64,000 bases of DNA from assembly GCF_028641065.1 (NCBI RefSeq), contig NC_073410.1, forward strand, positions 5,208,001-5,272,000, read 5' to 3'. Every line of letters begins with the position of its first letter. Position 1 is the stretch's first letter. Made by a program: the position numbers and the translations under genes. This DNA is from Leucoraja erinacea. Lineage: Eukaryota. Shown here one piece after another: positions 1 through 14,084 of the stretch. The notes under the pieces are model-generated. The model had not been told where the DNA came from, did no database searches, and saw only the letters and a list, made by a program, of their open reading frames with translations.

Positions 1-1139
1 CAATTTCGTAAGTGATAGGCCATTCCGGCCCATCAAGTCTACAACGCCATTCAATCATGGGTGAGCTATCTCTCCCTCCTAACCCCATTCTCTTGCCTTC
101 TCTCCATAACCCCTGGCACCCCGTCTAATCTGCCTACTGATTTACAATGGCCAATTGAACCACAAAAGCTGCACATTTTTTTAGCATGTAGGGGGAAGCC
201 AAAGCACCAGGAGGAGATGTTTATGGTCTAAAGAAAATTGTGCCATCACCACTTACAGCAACGTAGGTCAGGAATTAACCTGTGTCTGTCAAATCGTGAG
301 GCAGCAACTCAACTATACACGTTATTGTGAAGCTTCTGGTTGTCAAGAACGTGCTTTTCTCGAATAAGTGAAACACCTTTTGATATTGTTCTCCCACAGA
401 GAATATATTAAATTAACGGCTTACGAGATGCTGATGTAGCAAAGTTTTCTTCAGGCAAGATTATTATCCTTAAATATGAAAGCCACTACTAATTCCAGCA
501 AGGAATGAAAGAGAGAATTAGTTAAAGGAGTGGAACTAATCGATGCATGTGGAGGAACACGAGAAACAAAGACAACTGTCTTGCAACATAACATGCACAG
601 TGGATAGTTGGAATTATGTCAGGCGAACACAAATTGATTTTACAGTCTATTTAGTCACATTTCCTAAAATAAACTAGCAATAAATGAATAATTGCTCTTG
701 GAGGTCAGAATATGTTCATACTGTAAGACATAAAATATACAGAGGGGAGAGATGAGCATGTGACTGTAGGTAAGATTTCCTTGCATCCATAGACTGCTAA
801 AGACAGTGCAGCAGGTAGAGCTGCTGCTTCCCAGCTCCAGGGACTAGGGTCTGATCCTGACCTTGGGTGCTGTCGGTGTGGAATTTTCAGGTTCTCCCTG
901 TGACTCATGGATTTAATTGTGGATTTACAAATTGTGGACCCAAGCTCGGGATTCTCACACGTCTCGGAGATGTGCGTTTTGATGAGTTGTAAATCTTCCT
1001 CACTCAGGTGGGTGGCAGGATCTGATTCGGTGGCTGAGAGTTGTGGAGGGTTCCATATTCTCATTCTCCCAAAGTGTTCTAAAGCCTATGAAATAAGCTT
1101 TGAAGGACTCTGGATAAATTATTTGCACTTTAACACATT

Positions 1140-1675
1140 ATTACATTTTATTTAAAATATTTTTATTTATTAGAAGCAAGTGTACAAAAATATAACCAAC
1201 GGCATATGAAATAATGTTTTTAAGAAGGAACTGCAGATGCTGGAAAATCGAAGTTACACAAAAAAGCTGGAGAAACTCAGCGGGTGCAGCAGCATCTATG
1301 GAGCGAAGGAAATAGGCAACGTTTCGGGCCAAGACCCTTGTAACAGCTTCAATTTTGACTTTTAGCTATAGTTAGAAGAAAGGAAAGGGGAAAAAGCAAA
1401 AGAGAGAAAAAGTGAAATGTGCAAAGATAGAACTCCTAGACTACCAAAGTAGTGTCGCCAGAGAGTGAGGAAATAAAAGAAAGAAGTAAGGAATCGAAAA
1501 ATAAAAAGAGAAAGAAAGAAAAAAGATGGTGATATACCTGCCTCGCTTCCCTCCACACCCATCACCCAACCCGTAATTAGACTTAACTCCAAAATTGTGT
1601 TGTACCAAACTATCCTTGTAATAAATCAATGAATGGTGTCCATGCCTTCGAAAAATGATCTGTTTTTTCTGCATT
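1140..1675 (-). mobile_element. L1/Tx1-like 3' fragment interrupted by a Penelope arm (~1220-1340)
   Basis: Minus strand DHFSKAWTPFIDLLQG*, T-rich UTR and A-rich tail. Confidence 0.45.
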
Positions 1676-2239
1676 ATTACATTATATTGTGAAGAAGGGT
1701 CCTGATCTGAAATGCCACCTGTCCATTTGCTCCAGAGATTCTTCCTGACCCACTGAGTTACTGCCACACTTTGTGTGTTTTGTTTTGTAAACCAATATCA
1801 GCAGTTCCTTTGGTGTACACTACATTCAGCTCTCTGCTTATTTTCTCTTTTGCTGTAGTTGTCGTACTTGTGTTTGGTATCATTGTGTCTGGATATCACA
1901 TTAAATCAAAGCTTTGGTACACATGACCAGAGTAAAACAGCACCAATACCAATAGATGGAGCTTTGCTCTCGCTCCAGACAGATCTCTGGCAATGTAGGC
2001 TCACCAGCTCAACGCAGCAACAGCATCATCAGAGCTCTGATGCACAAGTCTTTGGAGAAGGACTGATTCTCCCCAATCTTCCAGCTCTGGCTTGCACATC
2101 ACCCACTGAGCCTGGCTGACACCACTTGCTACCTGTCCTCAGTAATTTTATCCTTCCTCCCTGTGGATTTGTGCTGGAGCTCCTCCAAGGAAGGTTACGT
2201 CCATGAGTTGTGGTGCCTAAATACAGAAATCTTAACCAG

Positions 2240-2556
2240 GTGCCGCAGTCTTAGAACCAGGGGCCACACTTGGAATAAATGGGAAGCCATTTAAGACTGA
2301 GGTGAGAAAAAACATTTTCACCCAGAAAGTTGTGAATTTGTGGAATTCCCTGCCACAGAGGGCAGTGGAGGCCAAGTGACTGGATGGATTTAAGAGAGAG
2401 TTAGATAGAGCTCTAGGGGCTAGTGGAATCAAGGTATATGGGGAGAAGGCAGGCACGGGTTATTGATTAGGGACGATCAGCCATGATCACAATGAATGGC
2501 GGTGCTCGCTTGAAGGGCCGAATGGCCTCCTCCTGCACCTATTTTCTTTGTTTCTA
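2240..2556 (+). mobile_element. CR1 LINE 3' fragment
   Basis: FFTQKVVNLWNSLPQRAVEA motif and GGGCCGAATGGCCT tail. Confidence 0.8.
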
Positions 2557-5500
2557 AAGCAGATTGAGTTGAAACAGAGGTACAAGGAATTGTGGATGCT
2601 GGAATCTTGAGCAAAACACAGCGCTGAGGAACACAATAGGTTGGGACCCAATGTTTTGGGTCAGGGCCCTTCTTCAGACTGATGTTGAAGCAGAGTTTTA
2701 CATGACCATAAAGTACCTTTTATTCCCTTTGAAACATTTTAAATAAAACTGGCAGATACTGGAAGTCTGAAGTGAAAGCAGAAAATTCTTAGCGGGTGGT
2801 GGAGACTCTATTAAAGGCAAATCAGAATTAACATTTCATGTTGAAGTCCATTTGTCGGACTCTGTCCCCTTTCTAAGTCTCTGTCAAAGAGTCTTCAAAC
2901 TCAAAACCATAACAATAAATGTGTAGGATATAAAAGCAGATGCTGGTTTAAATTGAAGATAGACACAAAGTGCTGGAGTAACTCAACGGGACAGGCAGCA
3001 TCTCTGGAGAGAGGGAATGGGTCGAGATCTTGGAGTCTGTAGAAGGATCTCGACCCGAAACATCACTCATTTCTTCTCTCCAGAGATGCTGCCTGTCTCG
3101 CTGAGTTACTCCAGCATTTTGTCTCTAACAAAGCAGTAAATGCACTTCACAGAAGCTGCCTGTTCCGCTGAGCGTGGCTCGTGTTTTCCGTGTTTATATC
3201 GAACTCTGTTGTTTGAGATAAAGGCTACCATCTTATTAGCATTTAAATTGTTTCTCCAACTTGTATTCATGCCTCTAGAGGTCGTTTAACTGAGCTCAAA
3301 GAAAAGCTGTCGTTTTTGCTTAGCTGCTGTTCAACTTGCAGATGATGTAATGTGGCTGTTGTGTGTTTTATAGATCAGGAGCCAGAATTCTGAACATTTG
3401 ATGAAAAGATGCATTCAAATCTCACAATGGAGACTGCAGAATTTAAATTCAATAATTGAATGAGTGGGGAATTAAAGTTAATTTCAGTAATTACATCGAC
3501 CTGATGGGTGACAAGAGTCCAGAGGACCAATGTCCAGATTCAGTCAGACAAAAGGTTTTGACATGAAATGTCGCCTATCCATTTCCTCCACAGATGCTGC
3601 CTGACCCATTGAGTAAATCCAGCATTTTGTGTTCTCCTCATTGCAAATATGTTTCTTTGGTAATCTACTGCAAGTGAAACAGCTGGACAAAATTGTTAGA
3701 GGAGGACCCAGAATAAAACATAGATGCAGAATGGTGTTCTATAGACAGCAGGCTGTACCTTAGCACAATTCCATGGCTGCAGCTCAGACTCCTGAATTTA
3801 CCGAGGCCTCTCAGGAAACTTGCAGATTATATTCCGTGATAGCCATCTGGCAGCTTTCGTCGGATGTAATGAGCTTGCATTTCACACCTGAATTCACGGA
3901 GCCAGTTCCGACGCAGTGCTTACCAGATGGCAACAGGAAACTTGATTACTTTCTGATACACTAAACCCTGATTCAACTCGGCTAACCAGTGGATCTGCGC
4001 ATCTGCGGTGCATGCTATTATGCACGGCTTATAACAACGCATTCTTGAGGTTTGAGGATAAGCCTCTATCCGAATCTGAACAAAACAAAATAGCCTGCTC
4101 ATACTCCAACAGGTACATTCCTTTAAGAAAATCCAATCCTGCACTTCAAAAAATGGAGCAAATATTTCCCCAGATGCCAATGAACAGGAGATTTTAAATT
4201 ACCAAAATAATTAAGCTTACATTTTAAAGCCCTTACTTTTAATTTGTTGCTCTGTCGCTTATTCTCAGAATCCTAGCAAAGTGCACGCTTGGGACAACAG
4301 CAGGAATTACATTTATAATTCAGCCTTTCTTTCCAATATTCTGCGATGGTTCGCTGTCCCAGTTCATCATGGTGAAATGTTGTTTCCATGACTGCACTTC
4401 CAATGGTCCTGAAGTGGGCTGGCACCGTGGGACTGGTTAAGATTTCTTTGTAAGCTTAGAGAGCTGGGTGGCCAAGATAGACATACTGTCAGGTAGATGA
4501 GCATTTTGACCGGCTGTAGGTCAGATAAAACGTAGGGCTTGACCCTGGCATTAAAAAGATACAAGGTCAATTATTCCAACAAACCCACTCTCTTCAATGC
4601 CAAACTTGGATCCTTGATCATGGGCTGCCTAAATTGCACTTGATTAAACTTTGGAGAAGAGAAAATTGGATAGGAAAAGATTAAGAGGATATGGGGTAAA
4701 TATGGGCAAGTGGAGATGGGGCATCTTGGTTGGCGATGGGCCAAAGGGCCTGTTTCCATGCTGTATGACTAAGATTCTGGCTTTTCCTTACTAAATAGTC
4801 AATTATATTATCCAGAGTGGCTTGTTGCTTCTGCTCCCTGTTACAACAGTAACATTACTTACTTTGAGAATAGGTTGTGGGCTCATGTTGACATATCTGT
4901 AAAAACGTTCTGCATTGTCAGAGATACTGTCCTTTGATGGAGCCAATCAACCACGATCTCCCAAATGGAGACACAAGAAACTGCAGATGCTGGAATCTTG
5001 AGCAAAACACAAAGTGCTGGATAAACTCAGTAGGTCAGGCAGCATGTGTGCAATGAATGTTTCAGGTTGGGAGAAGGGTCCATCCACAGATGCTGCCTAA
5101 CCTGCTGCGTTCCTTCAGCTCTTTGTATTTTGCTCGTGATCCTGAAAATGTCAATAATTCCAAGGAATTGTATGAAGATCGGACAAGTGGCCAAATTCAT
5201 TATTTTACAGATAATGGTGTTTCCCAGAAACATCAGCTGGGTCCATGCATTACTTCAGCGGCATATTCAAGACTTTTGTATCCTAAGATATTTTATTACA
5301 TTCTTAGAGCTGTACTAGAGGTTGTAATGTGTGAATAACAATGTACTGTAGAGATTTGCAAAGTGCTGACTATTGTGTGCAGGTGAAAGATGATCTAAAA
5401 TACATGGTGTCCATACTGGAACAAGGTGTTCTTGCTCCGGTGTACAGTATTCATTGTTTGCTATATTATGTAATGGAATCTACAGTGCATGGTTGACCAT

Positions 5501-6529
5501 GGTGAGAGTATTTTAAGGGATTGTTTCCATTTTATGCTAGACAAAAATGTTGTTATAGTGTTCATGGTTTCATACACAATCTGGCTAAGAGTACAGAAAA
5601 TATGATTTAAAATGTGATAGCCCAAAAATTCTTGAATTACTCCAGCATTTAGCGTCTATTTTAGACCAGCATCTGCAGTTCATTTTTATTGCAGACTGTA
5701 CTTGATTCATTTTACACCAAGTGGTCAGTTGTATTATCAATGCACGGCACATGTTTTTATTGAATTTTTGTTTTCAGGCGTTATTGATAAGGTTAGCATT
5801 TATTGGCCATCTTGATTACTTTGAGAAGGCAGTGGAGATCCACCTCCTGGAACCTTTGCAGTTCTTCTCTGATACAGAGCCCCCCACTGTGCTTTTGGGC
5901 AGTGAGTTCCAGTGCTTGTCTTTATCAGTGATGAAGGAATGAAACTATATTTCCGAGTGAAGATGTTATGCAATTCTGAGGGGTGGTGCTGCTATGGCCC
6001 AACTCCCCTTGATCTGTTTTTGTCGGTAGTGGTTGAGGAAAGTGCTGTTGGAGTCATCTGGAAAAGTATCAGTTTTAACATGTTGTATGTAATACACAGA
6101 GCAGCCACAGTGTGCCAGTGTTGGGAGGGAATGACTGTTCAGGGTGCTGGATGGGGTGGCAATCAATCAGTTATGGATGTTGTTACTCTTCATAAATGTT
6201 GCACCCAACTAGACAAGAGGAGAATATTTTAACTGTTATTAACATGTGTTGGACATAGTGAATAGGCAACAAGTCAAGAGGGTGAGGAGCCATTTGCTAC
6301 AGGATACCCAGCTAATGACTTGTTCTTGTTGCCACAGTATTTATTTGGCTCATTCAGATCAGTTTCTGGACAGGGAGACTCCCAGGATGTTGTTGATGAT
6401 GATTCGATAATGGTAACAGCGTTGAATATCAAGGATAGGTGATTAGATTATCCCTTGTTCAAGTGATCATTGTGGTCATTTTGTGGTACAAATCATTGTT
6501 GTTGTTTATCAGCCTATGCCTGTACCTTG

Positions 6530-8000
6530 TCTAGTTTTATACACCAGCTTTGCATTGTTTATGATCCAGCATATACTGTGTTGGTTTATGTGCAATATAC
6601 ATGGTGCCAGATTGTGCTTGCTGCATGTTCCGATCTATTATATGCTATTTCCAAATGCATTGTGCATACATAGTCCGGTATGCATTGTGTTGGGGCAATG
6701 GACACTGCGCATTGTCTAATGTATTGTGCCCTTCATTTACCGGATAGCAAATGGTACAAGCAGCATTGAGGTTGTTTAATACGTACAACATGGTCTAATT
6801 TAATGTGTAGGTAATTCAGTTTACACCCTTAGTCTAAAATCCACTGTAAGATGCAAGGTACAGTATGGAATTTATCATGTGCTGTTAATGGTCCAACATG
6901 TTTAATATGTATAGCATAGACTACTGTACAATGTGCTTTGTTTAATATGCACTGTGTGATCTATTATATATTGTCCTGGTTTACTACAGAATATCCTGCA
7001 TTGTTTGTTATACTATATACTGTATACTGTGTATCCACTGCATTGTGCAATGTACAGTGTATGTGGTTCAGTACTTGCTGTATAGTGCAGAATACAATGT
7101 TCTGGTTGAATAAGTCCCTATGCAGGGACAAGTTCTTGTTTTAATATGCACTTTGGAGTTAGATATACAGAAGACACTGTGTGGACCAATGTGCAACATA
7201 CTATTATTTTGCACTGCATAATCAAGTAAATAGTGTGCTTAGTTTAATATGAACTGTAAAGACCAGTATATAAAGTATTGGTTCAAATGTACTGCATTGT
7301 CTTGTATATACTTTGTGAAGGTACGATATGGCCCAGAATCGAATGATACTGGATTAATATTCACTGATTGGTCTAGTGTTCTTGGATTAATATGTACAGT
7401 GGGCTGGATTAAAATGTGCTATATGAACCAGCATATGGAGTTCCTCAGTTCAATGTGCAGAGGACTTGTTTAAATCTATTTGCATAGCCCAGCATAGTGT
7501 GTACTAAGATTACTGTATACTCTGTACGCAATTTTCCGGTTCAACACACATTGTACGTATTCCTGTATCGTAAGAAACTGCAGATGCTCGTTTAATCCGA
7601 AGTTAGACACAAAATGCTGGAGTAACTCAGCAAGACAGGCAGCATGGGTGACCTTTCGGGCTGTGACCCTTCTTCAGAATTTTGTGTCTATCTTGTGCAT
7701 AATCCTGTATGTAATGGGGCTGGTTTAATATATACTGTGCAGAGTTTAGTGCACAGTGAGTTTGGATTACGGTGTATTATGTATGTATATAGAGCATGTG
7801 GGTTTGAAATGCATCGTATGGTGCAGTGTACAGGAGGCAGATTGATATGCACTGTGCATAGTCTGGTATTTGGCGCTTTGTTTAATATGCATTGTGCATG
7901 GTTCAGCTTGCAGTGGGCTGGTTTAATATACGTACTGCAAATAGTAAAGCATGAAGTGGCTTGGTCCAGTATACAGTGTATTCTCTCAAGGATACTTTGA
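6530..8000. repeat. Highly degenerate tandem repeat, ~35-45 bp units with a TTTAATATGCACTGTG core
   Basis: Recurrent TTTAATAT(G/A)(C/T)ACTGT variants from about 6775 to 7935. Confidence 0.55.
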
Positions 8001-8999
8001 TCATAGTCTACCGAAAGAACATGTTACGGACTATGAAGATAATAGAGAATTAATTGCAAGCATTAGCCAGTGTTACTTGCATCTCAGCTGTGTTTCTGAC
8101 CCACACTGTTTCCCATTAAATCAGGCTTGATACAACATTCTCATCCTTGTTTTTCAATACACTTTGCACTTGCATCGCTCCTTGGTGCCTTATTCTTTTC
8201 CACCTCAATAACGTCCAAGATGGTGAATGATTCAAGTATATGGGTGCTTAGTATTTGCCTGGATTAGGAGGGTTGGAGGTCCTGCTTCTCTTCTTATCCT
8301 CAATGACTGTATAATTCAACATCTCCGACCCCAGTCTCCTGCTCATCCAGGAATATAATAACCCCAAGTAAAGGTCCTGCCTTCAACCACCTGCAGAATT
8401 CATTCCCTCTGTTTCAGAAGGAACTGCAGATGCTGGAAAATCGAAGGTAGACAAGTGCTGGAGAAACTCAGCGGGTGCAGCAGCATCTATGGAGCGAAGG
8501 AAATAGGCAACGTTTCAGGCCAAAAGCCTTCTTCAGACTCTGCCCCTTTAATATGCTCCTGCAAACATTGGCCTTTGCAACAAAGGCTTTTGGCTGGGTA
8601 AACCTTTACTTGATAACCCTCCATGAGAAATTTATAAAAAAAACTTAAAAATGGTTTTAAATAAAAGATTTTAAAAAAATGATAGGTACAAAAAGCTGGA
8701 GTAACTCAGTGGGACAGCCAGCATCTCGAGAGAGAGGGAATGGATACAATAACATGTGATAAAAGCAGAAATAGCTGGAAATATATATATTTAATTGCTA
8801 GAAATCTAAAATAAAACTGAAATTACTGGAACTACTCTGCAGGTCAGGCAGCGTCTGTGGAAAGATGAACAGTTCTGCCGAAGGGTCCCACACCATGGAC
8901 CCTAATTGTTTCTCCTCCCATAGATGCTGGCCGGCCTGATGTGTTTCGAGCATTATATGGATTTACTTAATAGGGTTTAAATAAAAATGCCTTTTGATG

Positions 9000-9543
9000 T
9001 TGTAACTCTGGAGGTGGGGTTGTGAGAGGGAGGGGGGAGGAGCACAGGTTGCTGGAGGTGGCTTTTAAATGTAGAACACTCGGCACTTAGAGTGTGGGTG
9101 TTCGTTCCAAAGAAAACACATCACTTGTAAATCTGCCTGTAAATGTTTTTTTTCCCCCCTTAAAATTTCCAACCTACGTACGAAGGCAGATGTTTCTGTA
9201 TTAAGCTCACAGCATTGGGCAGGGTGCTAATTAAGTGCTGACACTTCTTGCCTGTGGCAATGCAAACACCCTGTGCCGACTAAACAATCCCTGCCGTGTG
9301 GGAGTTAACAGCCTCCCTTGGGATGTGACTGACTCCCCTTGCCTCTCTCTGCAGAGGTAGGGAGTCAGTTGTTGGGCAAGGGGCCAACGCCGCCACTACA
9401 TGCTAATCCCACACAGAGGCAACTGCCACGGGAGATAAAGGGGTGTGAATCACACCGCACCGCCTGCGATTAGAAGGCATATCCAGAGAGAGAGACACAG
9501 AGAGAGAGAGAGAGACCTCGGCTCGGTGCAGAGACTTGCAGAG
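9000..9543 (+). promoter_or_regulatory. Putative internal promoter and 5' UTR of the short PSD isoform
   Basis: Repeat-free; G-rich tract at 9025-9040; (GA)n at 9485-9514; CpG density rises through about 10600. Confidence 0.5.
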
Positions 9544-9711
9544 ATGATCGGGCTCAACAGTGTGCACACAAGCGGCAGTCTGCAGCTCCGCTCGGGAGGA
9601 GCCCGCTACAACCGCGACTACTATGGGGCTGACACCTTTCGCTACCGACCTCCGCAGCGCTCCAAGTCGCTGGGACCACAGGGAATGGCCAAGATTCATG
9701 GCAAGCAGAAG
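9544..9711 (+). CDS. PSD: Alternative first coding exon of the short Sec7-less PSD isoform (EFA6As-like): MIGLNSVHTSGSLQLRSGGARYNRDYYGADTFRYRPPQRSKSLGPQGMAKIHGKQK
   Basis: ATG at 9544 with G at -3; CpG-rich open frame; donor AAG|GTAAAC at 9712 is phase 0 and matches the phase-0 acceptor at 14723. The peptide resembles my recollection of the mammalian EFA6As N-terminus (MIGVNSIHS...GAET...PQRSRSL). Confidence 0.8.
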
Positions 9712-11258
9712 GTAAACAGTGTTTGCAGATGCTGCCTGAAAGCAGGGAGCGCTGGAGGCTTAAGAAAAAATCCGTTCTGTGTGTGTGTGTGTGTGTATAT
9801 TTCTTTCTCCTGGTGGATTGCAAAGTCTGGTTTTGGGGGGAGGGGATGGAATGGGGGTACAAACGTGCCAGCCGTTTATTGCTGCCCCGCGTAAATAATT
9901 GTAAGTCTCTCGGCTGCAAATATAAAACTAAAATCAGATTTGAGTTGTCAACCGACCGACGGATTTTTGCGCCTGCTTCCTTGCGCCAGAGATAACATTC
10001 CCCAGGCTCTCGCCCCTGGAGGGAGGGGGGGGGGAGGGGGGCAGCGTGGGCTGGGGGTGTTGATGTGGGGGAGAAGGTGAATCACTTTGCTTTGCTGCAA
10101 TGCAGCATTTATTGGGAAGGGCAGGGGCTAGGGAGTCAGGAGCCGGGAGCGGACACTAGTTGGGATACAGCACCCCCCCTCTTCCCCGTTGCAACCTCCC
10201 CCCAAAGCTGCAACTGAATATTTTATTTCATTTGCCCCCGTGAGCACCAGTACATGCAACAGCAACAGCAGTGCAGGATCCAGCGATTGATAGATAACAG
10301 TGCCATTGCCAACCCTGGGGTTGATAAGGTAGTGTAGTCTCAAGGAACCACAACACGTATCTTGGTGACTGTGAACTCCAGGCTTCCAACTCACTGCACC
10401 CGTCTTACACACAGCAGCTATTAAACATATTGTTGGTCGTGGCAGTGGTTCATGTTGTGGCGTGCGAGAACTAATGTCCTTCTCTCGCCCAACACAAGAG
10501 AACGATGGCGACGTGTGTGGGACATATGGCGATGGAGGCGCGGGCATGCAGGCAGTCACACTGCTGGGTTGTGTCATTCTGCTACCAGTCCACGCGTTGC
10601 CTTTATCTAATCTCCAAGCAGCGCTTGTTCATCTCACAACACAAATTGCTTGAGTAACTCAGCGGGTCAGGCAGCATCTAGATGAATAACATGGTGACAT
10701 TTGGGCGCTACTCAGGTCCAGGAGTGGCAGATTATTGGGCGCTGGGGTCCAGTGTTGGTTAAGTCATGGTGATATGGAGATTTGCCACGAATTATTTGTG
10801 CACAGCATCCCTTGTGTTTGGTGCGTTCCATCACCTAGAAGTTCATTCCACTTTCATATATCAGCACAGTGTTGTTTGCAGCTCTTTGATGCTAAAAATA
10901 CTTGAGGTGCTGTGATCGATGCCTCTGTTAAATGGTTGAGACCGTTCAAACTCATGACTATCATGGAATGACTCCTGCAGTGTTGTCAGTGCAGACTTGA
11001 CAATGAAATGTAGCCTCATCCCATTGACAATGTCCGTGGTAACATTAAGCGCTCATTACTTAGTACGTGCGTGTTATTTTGCATGCTCATTGAATGAAGC
11101 ATTGTCTATTGATTTCATAAAGCCGTGCAGATGGGGTGTGATGCATGGAATAAAACCTGGAAATGCTCTGCAGGTCAGGCAGTGTACATGGAAAGACAGA
11201 GTGAGTTAATGTTTCAGGTCAGCAAATCTTTTGTCAAAACTAATATGATAGCATGTGT

Positions 11259-11465
11259 AGGAAGGAACTGCAGATGCTGGTTTAAACCGAAGATAGGCAC
11301 AAAATACTGGAGTAACTCAATGGTACAGGCAGCATCCCTGGAGAGAAGGAATGGGTGACGTTTCGGGTCTGAAGAAGGGTCTCGACCCGAAATGTCACCC
11401 ATTCCTTCTCTCCAGGGATGCTGCCTGTGTCCCGCTGAGTTACTCCAGCTTTTTGTGTCTATCTC
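11259..11465. mobile_element. Penelope-derived foldback with a 16-bp TSD (ATATGATAGCATGTGT)
   Basis: Inverted arms; direct repeat at 11243-11258 and 11466-11481. Confidence 0.8.
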
Positions 11466-11654
11466 ATATGATAGCATGTGTTTTCAAAGGGATAGACCAT
11501 TGAATCTGAGACTTTTAAATGTGGATCCCAGCTTATTTGGATTTAAGTTTGTAAATCCATATTCAAGAATTTCTATCTGTAATAATGATGAATTAGCAAA
11601 GAAAATCTGCTCTCCTAACCCAACATGGCCAGTGCGATCACTGACCCAGAGCTA

Positions 11655-13289
11655 CAGTGCCCTCCATAATGTTTGGGACAAAAACCCATCATTTATTTAT
11701 TTGCCTCCATATTCCACAATTTGAGATTTGAAATAGAAAAAAAATCACATGTGGTTAAAGTGCACATTGTCAGATTTTATTAAAGGCCATTTTTATACAT
11801 TTTGGTTTCACCATGTAGAAATTACAGCTGTGTTTATACATTGTCCCCCCATTTCAGGGCATCATAATGTTTGGGACACATGGTTTCACAGGCATTTGTA
11901 ATTGCTCAGATGTGTTTAATTGCCTCCTTAATGCAGGTATAAGAGAGCTCTCGTCACCTAGTCTTTCCTCCAGTCTTTCCATCACATTTGGAAACATTTA
12001 TTGCTGTTTATCAACGTGAGACCACAGTTGTGCCAATGAAAGTCAAAGAAGCCATTTTGAGACTGAGAAACAAGAATAAAACTGTTAGAGACATCAGCCA
12101 AATCTTAGGCTTACCAAAATCAACTGTTTGGAACATCATTAAGAAGAAAGAGAGCACTGGTGAGCTTACTGATCGCAAAGGGACTGTCAGGCCAAGGAAA
12201 ACCTCCGCAGCTGATGACAGAAGAATTCTCTCTATAATAAAGAAAAATCCCCACACACATGTCCGACAGATCAGAAACACTCTTTCTGGAGTCAGGTGTG
12301 GATTTGTCAATGATCTCTGTCCGCAGAAGACGTCATGAACAGAAATACAGAGGCTACACTGCAAGATGCAAACCACTGGTTAGCCAAAAATATAGGATGA
12401 CTGGGTTACAGTTTGCCAAGACGTACTTAAAAAAGCAACCACAGTTCTAGAAAAAGGTCTTGTGGACAGATGAGACGAAGATTAACTTATATCAGAGTGA
12501 TGACAAGAGCAAAGTATGGAGGAGAGAAGGAACTGCCCAAGATCCAAAGTATACCACCTCATCTGTGAAACATGGTGGTGGGGTGTTATGGCCTGTGCAT
12601 GTTTGGCTGTTGAAGGTACTGGCTTACTTATCTTCATTGATGGTACAACTGCTGATGGTAGTAGCGTAAATGAATTCTGAAGTGTATGGACACATCCTAT
12701 CTTCTCGTTCAAACAAATGCCTCAAAACTCATTGGCCGGTGGTTCATTCTACAGCAAGACAGTGATCCCAATCAAAGGAGTTTTTTCAAAGCTAAAAAAT
12801 GGTCAATTCTTGAGTGTCCAAGTCAATCACCCAATCTGAACCCAATTGAGCATGCCTTATATATGCTGAAGAGAAAACTGACGGGGACTAGCCTCCAAAA
12901 CAAGCATAAGCTAAAGATGGCTGCAATACAGACCTGGCAGAGCATCACCAGAGAAGACACCCAACAACTGGTGATGTCCATGAATCACAGACTTCAAGCA
13001 GTCATTGCATGTAAAGGATATGCAACAAAATACTAAACATGACTACTTTCATTTACATGACATTGCTGTGTTCCAAACATTATGGTGCCCTGAAATGGGG
13101 GGGGGGGGACTATGTATAAACACTGCTGTAATTTCTACATGATGAAACCCAAATGTATAAAAATGGCCTTTATTAAAATCTGACAATATGCACATGATTT
13201 TTTTTTTCTATTACAAATCTCAAATTGTGGAGTACAGAGGCAAATAAATAAATGATGGATCTTTGTCCCAAACATTATAGAGGGCACTG
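11655..13289 (+). mobile_element. Full-length Tc1-like DNA transposon (~1.63 kb) with long IR/DR-type TIRs
   Basis: TA|CAGTGCCCTCCATAATGTTTGGGACAAA ... TTTGTCCCAAACATTATAGAGGGCACTG|TA; TIRs about 11655-11880 and 13067-13289, each with an inner CATAATGTTTGG repeat. Confidence 0.95.
12036..13036 (+). pseudogene. Tc1 DDE transposase, disrupted
   Basis: HTH region, RPRK, WTDETK, QQDSDP and SPNLNPIEH motifs spread over several frames; TAG at 12448-12450 and a deletion after the second Asp. Confidence 0.92.
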
Positions 13290-14084
13290 TATTTCACCTT
13301 TGTTGTTCATAAAACACAACACAGTACAGCACAAGAACAGGCCCTTCGGCCCACAATGTCAATTCTGAATCAGCAATAAATGTCACTTGAGACACTAGGA
13401 GCCTCAGATGATGGAATCTTGAGCAAAACACAAAGTGCGGGAATAACTCAGCAGATCAGGCAGAGGGAATGGATGGGTGACATTTTGGGATGCGATCCCA
13501 CAGAATCAGTCTGAAGAAGGGTCTAAACCCGAAGCATCGCCTGTCCATTTGCTTCCCAGTACTGCCAGACCCACTAAGTACCTCCAACACTTAGTGTTTT
13601 GCTCAATAAATGTCACTGGCATTAGCAGAATGTCCACAAGATATGAACATATAAAAGAAATGGCGGAAGGCACGACGGCTATGCTTAGCCAGGCTGACCC
13701 TGTAATGCCGACAGGACAACATGTCTTCATGGTCGGGTCAAGAACCCTGCACTTACAACAATTGGGACTTGAGAATGGAGCCAAATCTGGCAACTCCGTA
13801 TACTGTCTCAGTATACTATTACTATACTCTTGTACTGTATATGAGATGCTTATCTAAGATGTGTCTATGTACAGTGATACTTGTACTGAACTGTATGCAG
13901 AAATAAATTTCACTGAACCTCGTTACATGAGATAATAAAGTACCATTGAATCATTGAATAAAATGATACAAACTCTGCAATGATCTTCTTCATGGAAACT
14001 TGCCTTCAGAAAGAATGTTGGAAATTATATTCCTTTTTCAAAATATACCAATGAAAGATAGATAATCAAAATAAACGCCACTTT

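Noticed and set aside
3789-3902. Repeated TPEFTE motif (CCTGAATT.AC.GAG twice)
   Set aside because: Too short, with no extended similarity; likely chance.
9400-9438. 12-codon uORF ahead of the short-isoform ATG
   Set aside because: It is relevant only if the unknown transcription start lies upstream of it; no supporting evidence.
1-9500. Upstream Sec7 exons of long PSD (e.g. NIGKRM...DFPKELLK)
   Set aside because: I looked by eye and did not find them; they presumably lie upstream of the window.
9445-9894. 149-aa ORF read as a single-exon gene
   Set aside because: It starts at GTG and runs through (GA)n and (TG)n repeats; only 9544-9711 fits an exon bounded by a donor site.
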